Shown one piece after another: positions 52,335 through 64,000 of a stretch of 64,000 bases of DNA (positions are counted from its first letter, which is position 1; each line of letters begins with the position of its first letter). The notes below the pieces were generated by a model. That model searched no databases, was not told where the DNA came from, and worked only from the letters and a program-made list of their open reading frames with translations. A program made the position numbers and the translations under genes. The stretch is from Octopus sinensis. Taxonomy: Eukaryota. The stretch spans positions 62,001 to 126,000 of the forward strand of contig NW_021835999.1 of assembly GCF_006345805.1 (NCBI RefSeq), read 5' to 3'.

Positions 52335-52430
52335 CTATACGAAGAAGAATTGATCAAATTTTTTATGAAATTGAAAAATCCTTAATTTTACTTTTTAGAG
52401 AAAGCAAGTTTTCAGTCCAATTTGAGGAAT

Positions 52431-52692
52431 TTTTTTCAGTTCGAGTGGTAATTAAGTGAATTTATGATGTTAATTCTTTGATTCAGAGGACGCGCGAATA
52501 GATAGGCAGTTTCCGCGCAATATCGCGAGCGAAATGCGCTGAAAAAGCCAGCTAGACTCACGTCTCCCGTGGCTTTTCCTCGAGATCATCACACCGATTT
52601 CTGAAAGGAACTCCAGGGCTTTCGGGCCGATTATCCCACTCGTCTCGAAAGCCAGGGGGACGAAAAGGCAGGTGTTCTCCAATGAGGCGTAC
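52431..52692 (-). mobile_element. Short 3' fragment of CRE-like retroelement
   Basis: FVPLAFETSG...WLFQRISLAILRGN; TSD TTGAGGAAT at 52422-30 and 52693-701; absent in copy 1. Confidence 0.85.
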
Positions 52693-53159
52693 TTGAGGAA
52701 TCAGTTTTCGTTGATAACCAGTCAATTTTATGGCATATGTAAGATATTACTTTTTATAAAAATATTTCGGTGATGATTTTAAGATTTTTTAAGATTGCAG
52801 GAAAAATTTAAATTGCTTAATTCCTGCAAAATTCATAGAAAAAATATTTTTTATTTAAATCGGATTTTTATGACCACACTTTTAATGACAACGATTCGAA
52901 AATTAAAACATCATTAAGATGATTATCCGTAATTCTTGTTCTATGATTGTTTTTCGTGTTTTTCATTTTAGAAAATAACTGTTCGAAAACAAAAGTACTT
53001 CCAAATAAAGATATCATTTTTTGGAATGGTTTACTAACAGCGAATATTTTCCACACGGTTGAACATATTCCTCATAAAATTCCACAATGTTACAAAGATT
53101 TGAATACAAAATTGTTTTAAGAGCATGATCAGACTGCAAATCTATAAGTTTCAATTAAA

Positions 53160-54250
53160 AGATTTCATTCGGGAGATATTTTTTGATGTGATTGAGTATA
53201 AGTTTTTCCAGAACTTTGGATAGGACATAAAAGAAAGATATTTGCCTATAAGACGTCGAATTGTCTTTTGGTCTCCCTGGTTTCAGAATAGGACGAATGT
53301 ATGTCATTTTCCACAATGTGGGTATTAAGTTGTTGTTTATAGAGAAATTGTAAATTTGACAGAGCTGATATTGCCACCTGTCCTAGGTTTTTCACCAGAA
53401 TAGTGAGAATTCCGTCAGGTCTACAAGAGCCAATGCTTCTTAAATTTCTGATAGTCACCTCCTCATAGGTGAGGATTATAATGTCCTGACATCTTCGAGG
53501 TTTCAATGACTTCAAGCATGATCCATCATATTTCCTCTGGGGGATGTTGCTGATCCCAGCGTAGAACTTTATCAATTTGTAAGTGAAGGGAGCCGCATTA
53601 TCCTCACCCGATTTAAATCTCTCCGGGTTTGTGAATCTTCTTAAAGATGGCCATACTTTTGTTAAAGAGACCTCCGCATTTAGTCCTCTGGTAAACTTTT
53701 CAGCCCTCCTGTACCGTTTGTTCTTTTCAGACTGTTCTGACTTGATTCAGTAGTCTGATCTTACATCTCTTGTAAATGTAAGCACCTTTCAATGAATTCC
53801 GTTCCTCGATTAGAGGTAGAATCCTCGAAGGTAATTTTCTTACTGGTTTTGGATAAATTTTCCTCATTCTTAAGAGTGATTTTCGTCCAATCAAAATTGT
53901 TCGGTTGAAATGACAAAATGTTTTTGTGGAATGTACATATTGCAAATCATTATGTTTCCAACTGATGTAGGGATGGTAATTGCAGAAGACTCCAAACTTG
54001 AATTTTTGCTTCCTTTAGAGCTGAGAAAAAGGGAGCCCTCCTGGTAAAGAATTCCCTTCTTAATAAGTGTCATTAGACCCCCTCCACGACCCGAGGGTCT
54101 GTCCAGGCTATCCATGTGGTAGTTAGGGAAATATGGGGCCCTCGAAGATGGATTGAGTTTTGTTTCCTGGAGTAGACATACGTCAATATCATGCTTGATC
54201 AAAAAAGGAGTTTTGTTCTATTGATTTTCCAATAACTCCGTTGATGAGCG
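53160..54250 (-). mobile_element. Degenerate Jockey-like LINE with APE endonuclease
   Basis: DVCLLQETKL, DRPSGRGGGLMTLIK, NMYIP. Confidence 0.8.
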
Positions 54251-54619
54251 AATGATTCTTTTTTCATTAATCCAATAACTGGATTTTTGCGCCACCACAA
54301 AAGGCGAATCACACGACGCATAGGCGAATCATTAGCGTGAATCAAATGTTAATTCATTAAGCATAAGTACAAATTAAATATTTTATCTAATAATTTATTT
54401 TATTGTTAATATATAAAAATCTATACAGCATAGAGAGAGGATTCAGTACTCTGAATAGCATGATCGGAAAAAAGAAACAAACTAAACATAGAAGAAAAAA
54501 AAGACATTAGAATTACACTTACGAAAAGAAGACAAATTTTGTTAATCTTTATTAAGCGCAAGGATCTCATTATAAATCTTATATTTTAAATGAAAAATAT
54601 TTCCAATAAGTTCTTTAAT

Positions 54620-55766
54620 GACAAATACTGACTAAGTAAAGTCAACAAACTAATAAATTCTCCCAGCGAGACGGAGGGAACAGCTGTTGCCACGCATGAC
54701 AGCCAGCAGGATCCTCTGAATGAGGAAAGTAAATTCCCTAGGGTCCTTGGACCGCGAAGAACAAAGATGTCCCAATTTCTTTAGGGAAGTGAGGGTCCCG
54801 GAGCCAAAGACGCCGGAAGTCTCGACAACGATTGGCCAAAACCAAAAGTCATCCATCAAAGACTGATATTTCCGGCACTTCGAAAGCTCAGCCTTATTAG
54901 CACGAGACCCAGCAAGAGAGGCCGATTCGTTGATGAAAGACTTTGAGAAGGTATCCACACAAGTGGAATCCCAGACCAAAGGTCTCCCAGAATAAAACGA
55001 GAACAACGTAGAGCCGTCCGGCCTTTTCCCGTCACCACGGTCGAGACCCTTAGGCTCAAGGACAGAAGGGTAGCCGGCCTTTTCGAGTGAGTCGAGAATG
55101 ATTCTGTTAATCGCCGAATGGCGTGGAATACGACCCGCGCTTTTCTTGCAGGAGAGGGCATGGAGCCCGTATACGTCCATAGTAGATCCGCACCGGCAGG
55201 GGTGGGGACTACAGATCGGAAGTCCAAGGCGGAGGCAAATGCCAAAACGGAGGGCGTCGGAGTCAAGACAGGTGTCCAAATGGGTCGAAGGAAGGCAGTT
55301 AAGCCAAGAGCCAGAATGCGGTTGGCGGCTGGCACGGTAACAAGCCAGTCTGTGCTGGTTCAGGAGAGCCTCCAACGAGTCCGCATGATGCTTACTAAGA
55401 ATTTTATCCCATTCACGTTGGAGGGACCTATCAGAAGGGAACTCAAGCCCTTTTTCCTTCCAAAGCAAAAGTGCAGAATTAATATCAGAGTCCAAACGAG
55501 ATCCGGCGATTTTTCAAGAATCTTATGGACAAGAAGATACAATCCTGAAGACGATGAAAGGAAAGCGGGAAGAGAAATGTCGAGAGCCGAGCGGAGCCCA
55601 AGCCCACCAAAAGGAACAGGAAGTTTGGCCTGACGCCAACCGACATCATCGAACTTGACGTTAAAAATAATCTCGGCTGAAGAACGCACCAGAGCGTCAA
55701 AAGACTCCAAAGCAGAGGGAACAGAAAAGCAACAGGAACTCCTTAGGACATAATTGATCCTCGGAA
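54620..55766 (-). mobile_element. 5'-truncated CRE-like retroelement
   Basis: QAKLPVPFGGLG, CRCG..HALSC, GKRPDG, WDSTC, VETSG; possible TSD TCTTTAAT. Confidence 0.85.
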
Positions 55767-56175
55767 TCTTTAATTGCGTTTCATTTTGAGTTTCAATTCT
55801 TATAATTAAATATTCCCAAACAGAGAAAATATTTTGATGGAATTGAGGAAGAGCGAATAAAGGCGGAAGAAAAAAAACAAATTAAAATCATTAGAACTGA
55901 TAAATTCCTTTGCATCCAAATAATGATGTATTCGTGCATTATCATCTATGAAAACTGGAGATTTTATGTTTTTCAGTTCACCTCACTTGATCATAAATTT
56001 TATGAAAAATCATTCTATATTTATTCATAGCTGCCAAAACAGAAATAAGACTGCTATCCTAACATGAGGTGAAGTCCCTCTTTTAGCTACCCTAACATGA
56101 GGTGAACAATGTCAGATAGTTTCAAAATGCAATTTTGATTAACCCAAGATGAAATTGAGTTTTTTTGATCTACGT

Positions 56176-56310
56176 TTAGCTTTGATTTTTTGTCTCCACT
56201 TTTTTTTGTGGAGAAACCTGGCCAGTTTTATTGAACTTGTCAATAATCGTCCAAACGGTCTTATAGTTCAGACCTAAAAGAGTAGAAATATCTTTTACAA
56301 ATATTCTTTC
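56176..56310 (-). mobile_element. Tc1/IS630-like transposase HTH remnant
   Basis: ISTLLGLNYKTVWTIIDKFNKTG. Confidence 0.45.
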
Positions 56311-56580
56311 TAAGCTTTTCTCAATGATTCGAAATAGATCGAGAAACCCTATAAAATTATCTTTGAAAACTGGTTTTATGACTAGAATAAGATTCCATTT
56401 AAGAATAAATTTTGAAATAACATTTCGGATGATTAGGTTGAAATCACTTTCGAATAAAATGATTTTTCTCAAGTTTAAGTAAAAAAAGCTTCTTATGGCA
56501 GATATTCGAAATACTTTCCGTGTACATGTGGAAATCATGTTATTGAGAAATAAAAATTGGCAGCAATAAAAACTATAAAC

Positions 56581-57824
56581 TTAAACTAATTTATTTGTGT
56601 TATGCTCTCTCAATTTAATCTCCATCACTGTCCGCTTTGATTCCGTTCCACGATCGTCCGCAGTCATGTCAATTCGCTTCCGGACACACCTCATCAACTC
56701 CTCAGTCCCACGTCTGTCCTTTCCAGATATTTCCACCACATCCATAAAGCCACTCTCTAAAAATAAAATCACCATCTCTTTAACCCGAAGAATTCCTGAT
56801 AAACTCCAGTAAAGGCTCTCTCAAGGCATAATCCTTGTCCTTGTCAATTTTATTAACCACCAGAATTCGAGGTTTGAGACTGAAGGAATCGTCGAACTCA
56901 CAAACAACCTAAAATAGAAGACAAAGGAAACCTTAGTGATTAAACGGACCGCTTCAATCGAGTCATATTCCGGAGAATCAGGACCCAATTGGAAGCCAGT
57001 AACATCGATAACAAAAAGAAGGACTCTAACCCGTGCCAAATGTTTAAGAAATGTCATTTTGGGAGTCATTCCTATAAGAGAGGCCGATTTGTCATCCCCG
57101 ACAATCCCTGGAAGATCCGCTACTGAAATTTGTCTCCCATCGACAAACTCTGCCACCCCAATCTGAGGCGTGATTGTCGTGACTGTCAAATTATGCAATA
57201 AATTACAAGGATAGTCCCCTATTCTGGGTAAAGCACTGGTTATTGCCGACAGAAGTGTCGATTTGCCTGCATTGGGAAGACTAGGGTTAATCCCGGACGT
57301 ACCCCACTAGTCCAACGTCAGCAACCAGTTTGTAGTCCAACGTAATTGACTTGGTTTCCCCACTCCTCCCCACAAATCCGTTGGATTGATTTCCGCCTTC
57401 TCCTCCCGAAGACACGAGAAGTTTCTGTCCGTGAAAGTTGATTTCCCCTTATTGTCAATTTGAAGTAAGAAACCAATTATTTGGTTGGTCCCCGTCTTGA
57501 CAATAACCCCCAAAGGTGACCGAATGTAGGAGGACTTCCCTGGGAGTCCTACCAGAGCACGGTAACTTGATATGTCAAAAAATATACTTGCTGTGTCCCC
57601 CAGGGTCTCCAAACACGGTTTTGGACTGAAGGGAATAAAGATTGCTGTCCCCGATAACAAATACGTCTCCCCCTCTTCCTCCAATCCCGCCGTTGAATTT
57701 GTTTCCGTTGCCCCCTTTGGCTCCCTTTACGCGAATACGACAAAAGTCGGTTAAAATGGGTTGAAGCTTAGAGTTGGATATTTTTATTTACTTGTTTGTT
57801 CAGTATGGATAAGTATCTTTTCAT
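56581..57824 (-). CDS. GTPBP10: Obg-family GTPase GTPBP10 (ObgH2), multi-exon
   Basis: Gly-rich GAKGGNG...GGRGGDV, PNAGKSTL, SVADLPG, FLKHL, FVIDVTGFQL, NKID. Confidence 0.85.
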
Positions 57825-58049
57825 ATCTTCACAAGAAAATATTTTAATATATTTTTAAATGTGACAATAACTTTATTAGCTAAACCCAAAACTGAAAATG
57901 ATAAGAAATTAACCAATTAACCAGTCACTATTTGCACTTTCATGTTAATAATCATTTATAATTTGCGCATTTGTTTCATTCGGGGTATCTTTGTAAAATT
58001 GGTTTGTCATTTCAACCAACTTGCTGGTTTCCTTAATGAATTCTTCTAG

Positions 58050-58460
58050 TGTCTTCTTCATTACAATACACCACCCTGTTCCATGTCAGCACAATTGGAA
58101 TAATCTTCACAGATGCCCCGTAAAGTATTTAATTCTCCAGCCGAAAAATTGTATTTATTGAATTTTTCCACTTCAGTTTGCTTGAGTCTTTCTTGAGATG
58201 TAATTTCCAATACAATTATGATAATCTTAATCTTCGACTTGTCGTATATAACTATATCTGGCTTATTGAACTGAACTTGGGTATCTATCAATATTGATCT
58301 ATCCATCTATATCTCTACATTTTGGGTCGATAAACTAAACTTTAACTTCCCAGTTTTCTTTACTCCAAACTGTATCAAAAAGTGCAAATGGATGAATTTC
58401 AAAACCTCGTTGTGTCTTCTCACATAGTCACTTTTTAGCATTTTATTGCACTGTGTATTC
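58050..58460 (-). mobile_element. R4/Dong-like RLE retroelement C-terminal remnant
   Basis: YVRRHNEV, NKPDIVIYDK, E.EKFNKY. Confidence 0.65.
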
Positions 58461-58797
58461 ACGTGGTCTTCTTAGTTTTCTTGTAATGATCACACAGTGT
58501 AGAAAAAAACAAATTTCTATCTTGCAAAAGGCAATACAAAGCAATATCTTTTTTGAGTCGGACTGGGATGATTATGAAATAAAAATGAAATCAGATATTT
58601 CTAATAGTTTAAATATTTTTCAAATCCAGATTTTTAGTAAAAACAAATATTTTGGCGAGTCCTTATTCAACACATGTGACTATTTCAATCAATGAAATGA
58701 ATTACTAACATTACTGAATGAATGACGATTACAAGCTGTGTTAAGCCCTGCTGTTCAAACATTACATTTGTTTTATGCGCAATTTACATGAGGAGAT

Positions 58798-59286
58798 ATG
58801 CACGGTCTGAAGAAAATTCTACTTCGATACCACCCCTTCTATTTTCCTCTTAATTTTATTAATTTGCTTGGAATTTCGTTTATCACGTTGGGGGTTGTTT
58901 TTATTCTGATCTATTTTGGACTCGAAAAAAGCTTTTCCACAGAAATGACTATTAAAAAAATATTAGAAATGTTTGGAATTTGTCTCCTCATTGCCGGTAG
59001 CTTGGCAATTTTTGTCGTATTTGTGACCATTATATATAAATCTGAGAAAAGTCATATCTCTCAAATGGCCAATCCAAAAATGTTGGAAAATGAAAAAGAG
59101 TTGACTAACAACATGAAACTAAAAATGTATCAAAGTTTTGTTCATTTTGCTTCTCGGTGGCTTGTGGCAGTCCCTAAAGAACCAAACTGGCATCTCAAAA
59201 TTAAAATAAGAGAGGCAAATGAAAAGATCAAAAATCTCCACGAAAACCCCGAATATGTCGTGGAAACAGTTCAACTCCTACGTTAA
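58798..59286 (+). CDS. Hypothetical two-TM membrane protein
   Basis: 162-aa ATG-initiated open frame with two hydrophobic segments in AT-rich DNA. Confidence 0.5.
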   Translation: MHGLKKILLRYHPFYFPLNFINLLGISFITLGVVFILIYFGLEKSFSTEMTIKKILEMFGICLLIAGSLAIFVVFVTIIYKSEKSHISQMANPKMLENEKELTNNMKLKMYQSFVHFASRWLVAVPKEPNWHLKIKIREANEKIKNLHENPEYVVETVQLLR

Positions 59287-61340
59287 GACAATTTTTATAA
59301 CTAAATTGAGTCTTTTGTTTACTAATGCGAATATTAAGTATTTTCGTTGGTTTTTTTTGCTGAAAGAAATGATATTTTTTTAATATTAAATATTTAAATT
59401 CATGGACGAAAATGACGTGGTAAGGATCATTTATAAAATATAATTTAAGTTCAAAGTATATACTCAATCATTCTACCTACAATATCCACTGCATAATAAA
59501 GCAGAGATAGAATATCAGGTAAACTGAATATTTGACGTAGTAGATCTCACTTATAAGTAAATAATGTATTTTACTATTTAAGAGCTACAAAAATGTACTT
59601 CTCTTATGAATGATACAAGACTAAAGACTAGTAATATTTATTGTTTATTAATAAGTAATTTCACACATCAAACAAATTGCATTGCAAACTGCCCAACAAA
59701 TGAGTCAAATTGAATATCTATTGTCAAGCATTAATTGTTTTCAATGCAGCTGACTCTAATAAATTTTGTACTCTAACTCTATATTTGTTAATTATTTCTT
59801 CATTTGTTGGTTACTTGGCTTACATAAAGAGGGTAGTGGAGACCTTCATTTTTTGAGCAATTAGGAAATGACTCTACCCACATTAGAAATTTTAGATATC
59901 GGAAAATGAAAAAAGTTCGTTAAAGACGGCTGTATCACCCATAATTGACTTAAATACGCTTCTCGTGGGAATGCATTTTCTCCTGACTTTTTGACTGCAA
60001 AAGGATAAGGAAAAATTGTGTCAAATCGAAGGTAAATCTTATATAACTTGTTGATATAAATCTCTTGTTTCCATTGTTAATCGTCGTGAAAAAGCGTTTG
60101 TACCACGTTTTAAGATTTTCTAGATTATGCACTATTTAGAATATTTCATAGTGATTCCCAATTCGTTTTGATTTGGTACCCGTAAATATTAGATTTAACA
60201 GAATTCGAATTTTATTCAAACAAATGTTATTTTTTTATTATTAACATTTGATTGAATATCACAGGGCTATTCACTTTCATAGTCCTATTTGAAATTTTGC
60301 CTTGTCTATCACACTTGTCAATTTATAATTATTTGTGCTTAGCTTATATTTAGGGAATTCAGTCAAATTGAGAAAAAATACATCGAGGCGGAATACACTA
60401 AAGAACTCCTTTATTCGTTAGTATGTATAAAAAACCGTTTTTCTGTCCACAATTACTATTTCGAATTTGAAAGCGGCAGTTCTAATCGGAAAATAGCCAA
60501 GTGAACTTTGAGTGTGTCGATTAAAGTCACAATCATCCAGAAAAATCGAAATATAATTAAAAGCGAGAAGTGGAGCACTCAATCAGTGCTTGAGATTAAA
60601 AAGATGTTTCTACTTGTGCTGAGAAAAGGTAGAAAGGGATTAGTGGTATAAGATTCAGCAAGCTCGAGTCAAGATAATAAATGAAGCAGTATTTGGCTAG
60701 ACGGCGGGTAGACTAAGTAATGATTACTTGTAAATGACTACATATTTACAATATCTTGATATAGTTATTAAAACCTTTTTAAGACTAATTTATTGATTTT
60801 TGAAGTCTTTCTCATCTTTTCTCTTGGATTTCAAAGCCGTAATTGTTTAAACCGAGAATTTTATTATCCAAAGTTTAAAAAATGTAGTCAGTTTTTGTTT
60901 TTGCATGAAAATTTTAAATATTATTTGCACGAGTTATGTACTGAATAATCGTTTTTTATTCGAGCTATTGTGTGATGTGTTCGTTTCATATTTACAATTA
61001 AGTGCTCTGTATGAATAATTTTTCAGTAGTCTAGGAATTTCTACTTTTTTAAAAGCAATAAATTTAGTTCAAAATCTAGATTTTCATTTAAAAAATATTT
61101 ATTTTTAATGGAGATATTACAAGATGTTTCAAAAACTGGAATGTTCAAGCACCGATTTGTTTTACTATTTCGCCAACTTTTATGATCTAAAAAAGTAATA
61201 ACACAAAACAATTTTATTTTGATTATCGTTTCTAATTATATTTTAGAAAAATCATTGACAATTAAATCATATATACCAAAAACTACTGACATTGTACAAA
61301 ATATCGTTTTTGATTTTGAAACCAAATAGAATCAATCAAG

Positions 61341-61873
61341 TTAAGCATTATTAAGGAAAGGCCGAACAGGTCTGGACATGGCATAGGCATCTTCCCCGTC
61401 TGCGTAGTATTTGGGCTCCACATTGGTCACACTAAAACCAAGACTGTTGTTATAGAGATTGTAGGCAGGACGATTGGATATGCGGACATGCAAGGTCACC
61501 TTCTCTGCTCCAAAACACTCGTCCATTGCCTGGCAGGCCAATTCCATCAGTTTCCTGGCAATTCCGTACTTTCGGTATGTCCGCTTTACAGCCTGGGAAT
61601 GTTTAAATGCACTACCAGGGAGGTGATATGTCCGTGGGGTGCCTGGACAGCCTCCTCTTCCATTTTGGCCAAGACATATCCCACGATTTGATTCCCTGAT
61701 TCAGCAACGTAGGAGATTTGTGGCCATGAAAGAAGATGGTAGGAGTAGTATTTAAGTTGGTAGTTCTCGGGGAGGCACAAAAGATTACAATGCTGCATTT
61801 TTATTAAATCTTCCACCTTTTTTCTATGTGTTTATGACAAGGTTCAAACCTTAGCTCGCCGGATTGCAATCAT
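61341..61873 (-). CDS. NAA10: N-alpha-acetyltransferase 10 (NatA catalytic subunit)
   Basis: [21 protein letters not shown]|[21 protein letters not shown]; introns 61817-61849 (33 nt) and 61593-61615 (23 nt). Confidence 0.95.
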
Positions 61874-61927
61874 AACAAAAACACACCTGCAACGTTTATT
61901 TATTTATATTATTATCCTTTTAATTTT

Positions 61928-62450
61928 TTATAACCAAAATGTCCCTCGGTCTAACCTCAGGATGTGTCCAAAAAGTCTCCAGCAAGAGCTAATAATCTCG
62001 CAACTTATTGGCGTACAGTCACACTTATTGTATAGTCTACTCTGTGAGATCCTGGATGGCCAGGAAATTCCAGATATGTTTTTTAGATGATTCATGTAAA
62101 ACGAGTCGAGCCTCCCCAATTCCTCATTTGTTGTTCTCCATGTCCCAGAGTTGTATAAGAGGATTGGTTTGATAAATGTGTTGTATAGCATTATTCTTTG
62201 TTTTTTGTTATTCCCTTTCCGTTATGGCCATAGGTTTTTCAGCCTGTTTAATGCCGCGTTTGGCAACATTTTTCCTCATATGATATCCCCACTGTCTCCT
62301 AATAGAGAGCCGAGTTTATTAGTGTTTCTCTATTTCTCTTCGACTGGGTTATTCATTCATATTATTTCTGTCCATTCTGTTTTTTCCCTGTTCACGTAGA
62401 GAAATTATTACCAAATATATCTGGTGAATTCTTTTGGTTGGGGTCATTCT
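61928..62450 (-). mobile_element. RTE-like LINE RT C-terminal remnant
   Basis: LYNTFIKPILLYNSGTW, WRLFGHILRL. Confidence 0.75.
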
Positions 62451-62499
62451 GAGTGGGAAATCATGCCGATTTTAGAACACATAAGTTAATTATGTCTAG

Positions 62500-64000
62500 T
62501 TTGAAATCTCATTGTTGATTAAACTTTATTTCGTTGTCTCTACAAAATAAAATCATTACATGTGTGATACATTAGTTTGATCTATTGATTAGCGTCGACT
62601 TTATTTATTTTATTTATTTATTAGGACCAAAAACACTGTCATACTCATAATTAACTATTTCAGGTGATCCCAGTCTCTTTTAAAAACCTTCGCATCTTTT
62701 CTCTGTATTCTACAGCGCATTGTCTAGGACAGGGGTGAAATTCCAATAATTTCAATAATTCAATTTGAAATTCCAATGGCGCATTCTCAATCGAAACAGT
62801 ATGTGGTACTGCAGTTAATTGAAGTTTGAGTTCAATTTTTTTAGTTTCGTTAAATCGCTCTTCAAATTGTTTCAAAATATAATCGAATATAGTATTAAAT
62901 GTATTTGGTGTAAGATCGTCATAATTAATTATTTTGTCATCAATGAGATTTTTGACTTTTTGAAAATGAAATAATTCATTTTTTTATGTGAATCTTCAGT
63001 AGGCGGCATTTATCCATAAAATCGTTAATTTTTTTATACATTCGGCAAATTGTTTGGTCTTCACCTTGCAAAGATATATTCAAATTATTGATATATGTGA
63101 GTACATCAACCGGAAATGCTAAGTCAATTAAGAATTTTTTTTTAATCCAAAAGACACTCTTTTTGCTTTGATGAGTAAAAGTTTGATATTTCTTTTCGTA
63201 AATCAAGCACACGACATGTTGTTTCACCTTGTGAAGCCATCGAACTTGTGCATGGTATAAAATGTCTTCAGCAGATATTTCGAAACTGTCTATGTCTCAA
63301 TGCATTGTTTCGGATATATATAATAATCTGTTTTACTTCATTAAGTGTATCTTCAAATTTTTTCATTTGTGAACAAAGTGCTTGTTGGTGAATAATACAA
63401 TGTACACCAATAACTGATTTATTGTTATACTCTTCTGAGACATATTCAGTTAGGCGTGCAACAAATCCTTGTTTTCTACCCAACATTGCTGGTGCGCCAT
63501 CTGTGCATATTCCTCTTAGACATGTCATGTCCAATTTGAATTCCAAACAACATTGTTTAACTATTTAAAATATATCTTGACCCCGTACATTTCCAGGTAG
63601 TGACTTCATGGATAGAAAATTCTCATGTATTTCAAAATCGAAGGATAGAGTACGAATAAATATGATCAGCTGAGCAGAATCACATATATCATTCGACTCA
63701 TCAATGGCAAGTGAAAATAATGTAGTTTGAGAATTTAATTTTTGTAGGAGTGATAGATTAAGATGCTCGGCAATATGAAACTGTCGGCGCTGAATTGTGT
63801 CACGTGAAAGTGGAATTGCTTCAAAGTTATGCTCCTTGTCGGGATCAATGCATTTAACTGATTCCATGATACATCTTTTCACAAGTTTGCAGTCTAAAAA
63901 AGGTTTTCCAGCAGATCCAAGGATATGAGCAACTCGAAAGGATGCTTCAACTCTTGCATTTGCCACATTTAAAAGTTTTTAAACATTTTTTTTGTTGTCT
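62500..64000 (-). mobile_element. hAT (SPIN/GTF2IRD2-like) transposase pseudogene, continuing past window end
   Basis: PLSRDT, FSLAIDES.D, TDGAPAM.G, HCIIHQ, VRWL, DLAF motifs with frameshifts. Confidence 0.85.

Larger units (their letters stand above)
32405..53898 (+). repeat. Segmental duplication, copy 2
   Basis: Collinear with 3378-25309. Confidence 0.95.

Noticed and set aside
54856-55700. Multiple overlapping alternative-frame and antisense ORFs
   Set aside because: Expected shadow ORFs of GC-richer retroelement coding sequence

Overview
AT-rich eukaryotic (animal-like) DNA with very short GT-AG introns (about 23-33 nt), as described for dicyemid mesozoans (organism assignment is my inference). 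A ~22-kb block is present twice in direct orientation (3378-25309 and 32405-53898). It carries WDR3/UTP12, a secreted-looking EF-hand gene, a WDR91-like N-terminal gene, DOT1L, and decayed GPKOW and ETS genes. The two copies differ by several TE presence/absence events. GTPBP10, NAA10 and an orphan membrane protein lie to the right. The rest is dense with TEs: Helitron with minisatellite, CRE-like RLE retroelements, Jockey/I-like and RTE-like LINEs, an R4/Dong-like fragment, Tigger/pogo, hAT, a tRNA-derived SINE and a Ginger-like TGT...ACA element. Most striking: four distinct LINE 3' ends are stacked, all in one orientation, at the same 11-12 bp site (GTCGTTGTGATT) in two copies of the Ginger-like element. 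This suggests a sequence-specific retrotransposon family that parasitises a DNA transposon. Separately, a CRE-like element inserted on a 5' ATG of WDR91, and the duplicated ATG opens an intact 287-aa endonuclease ORF.
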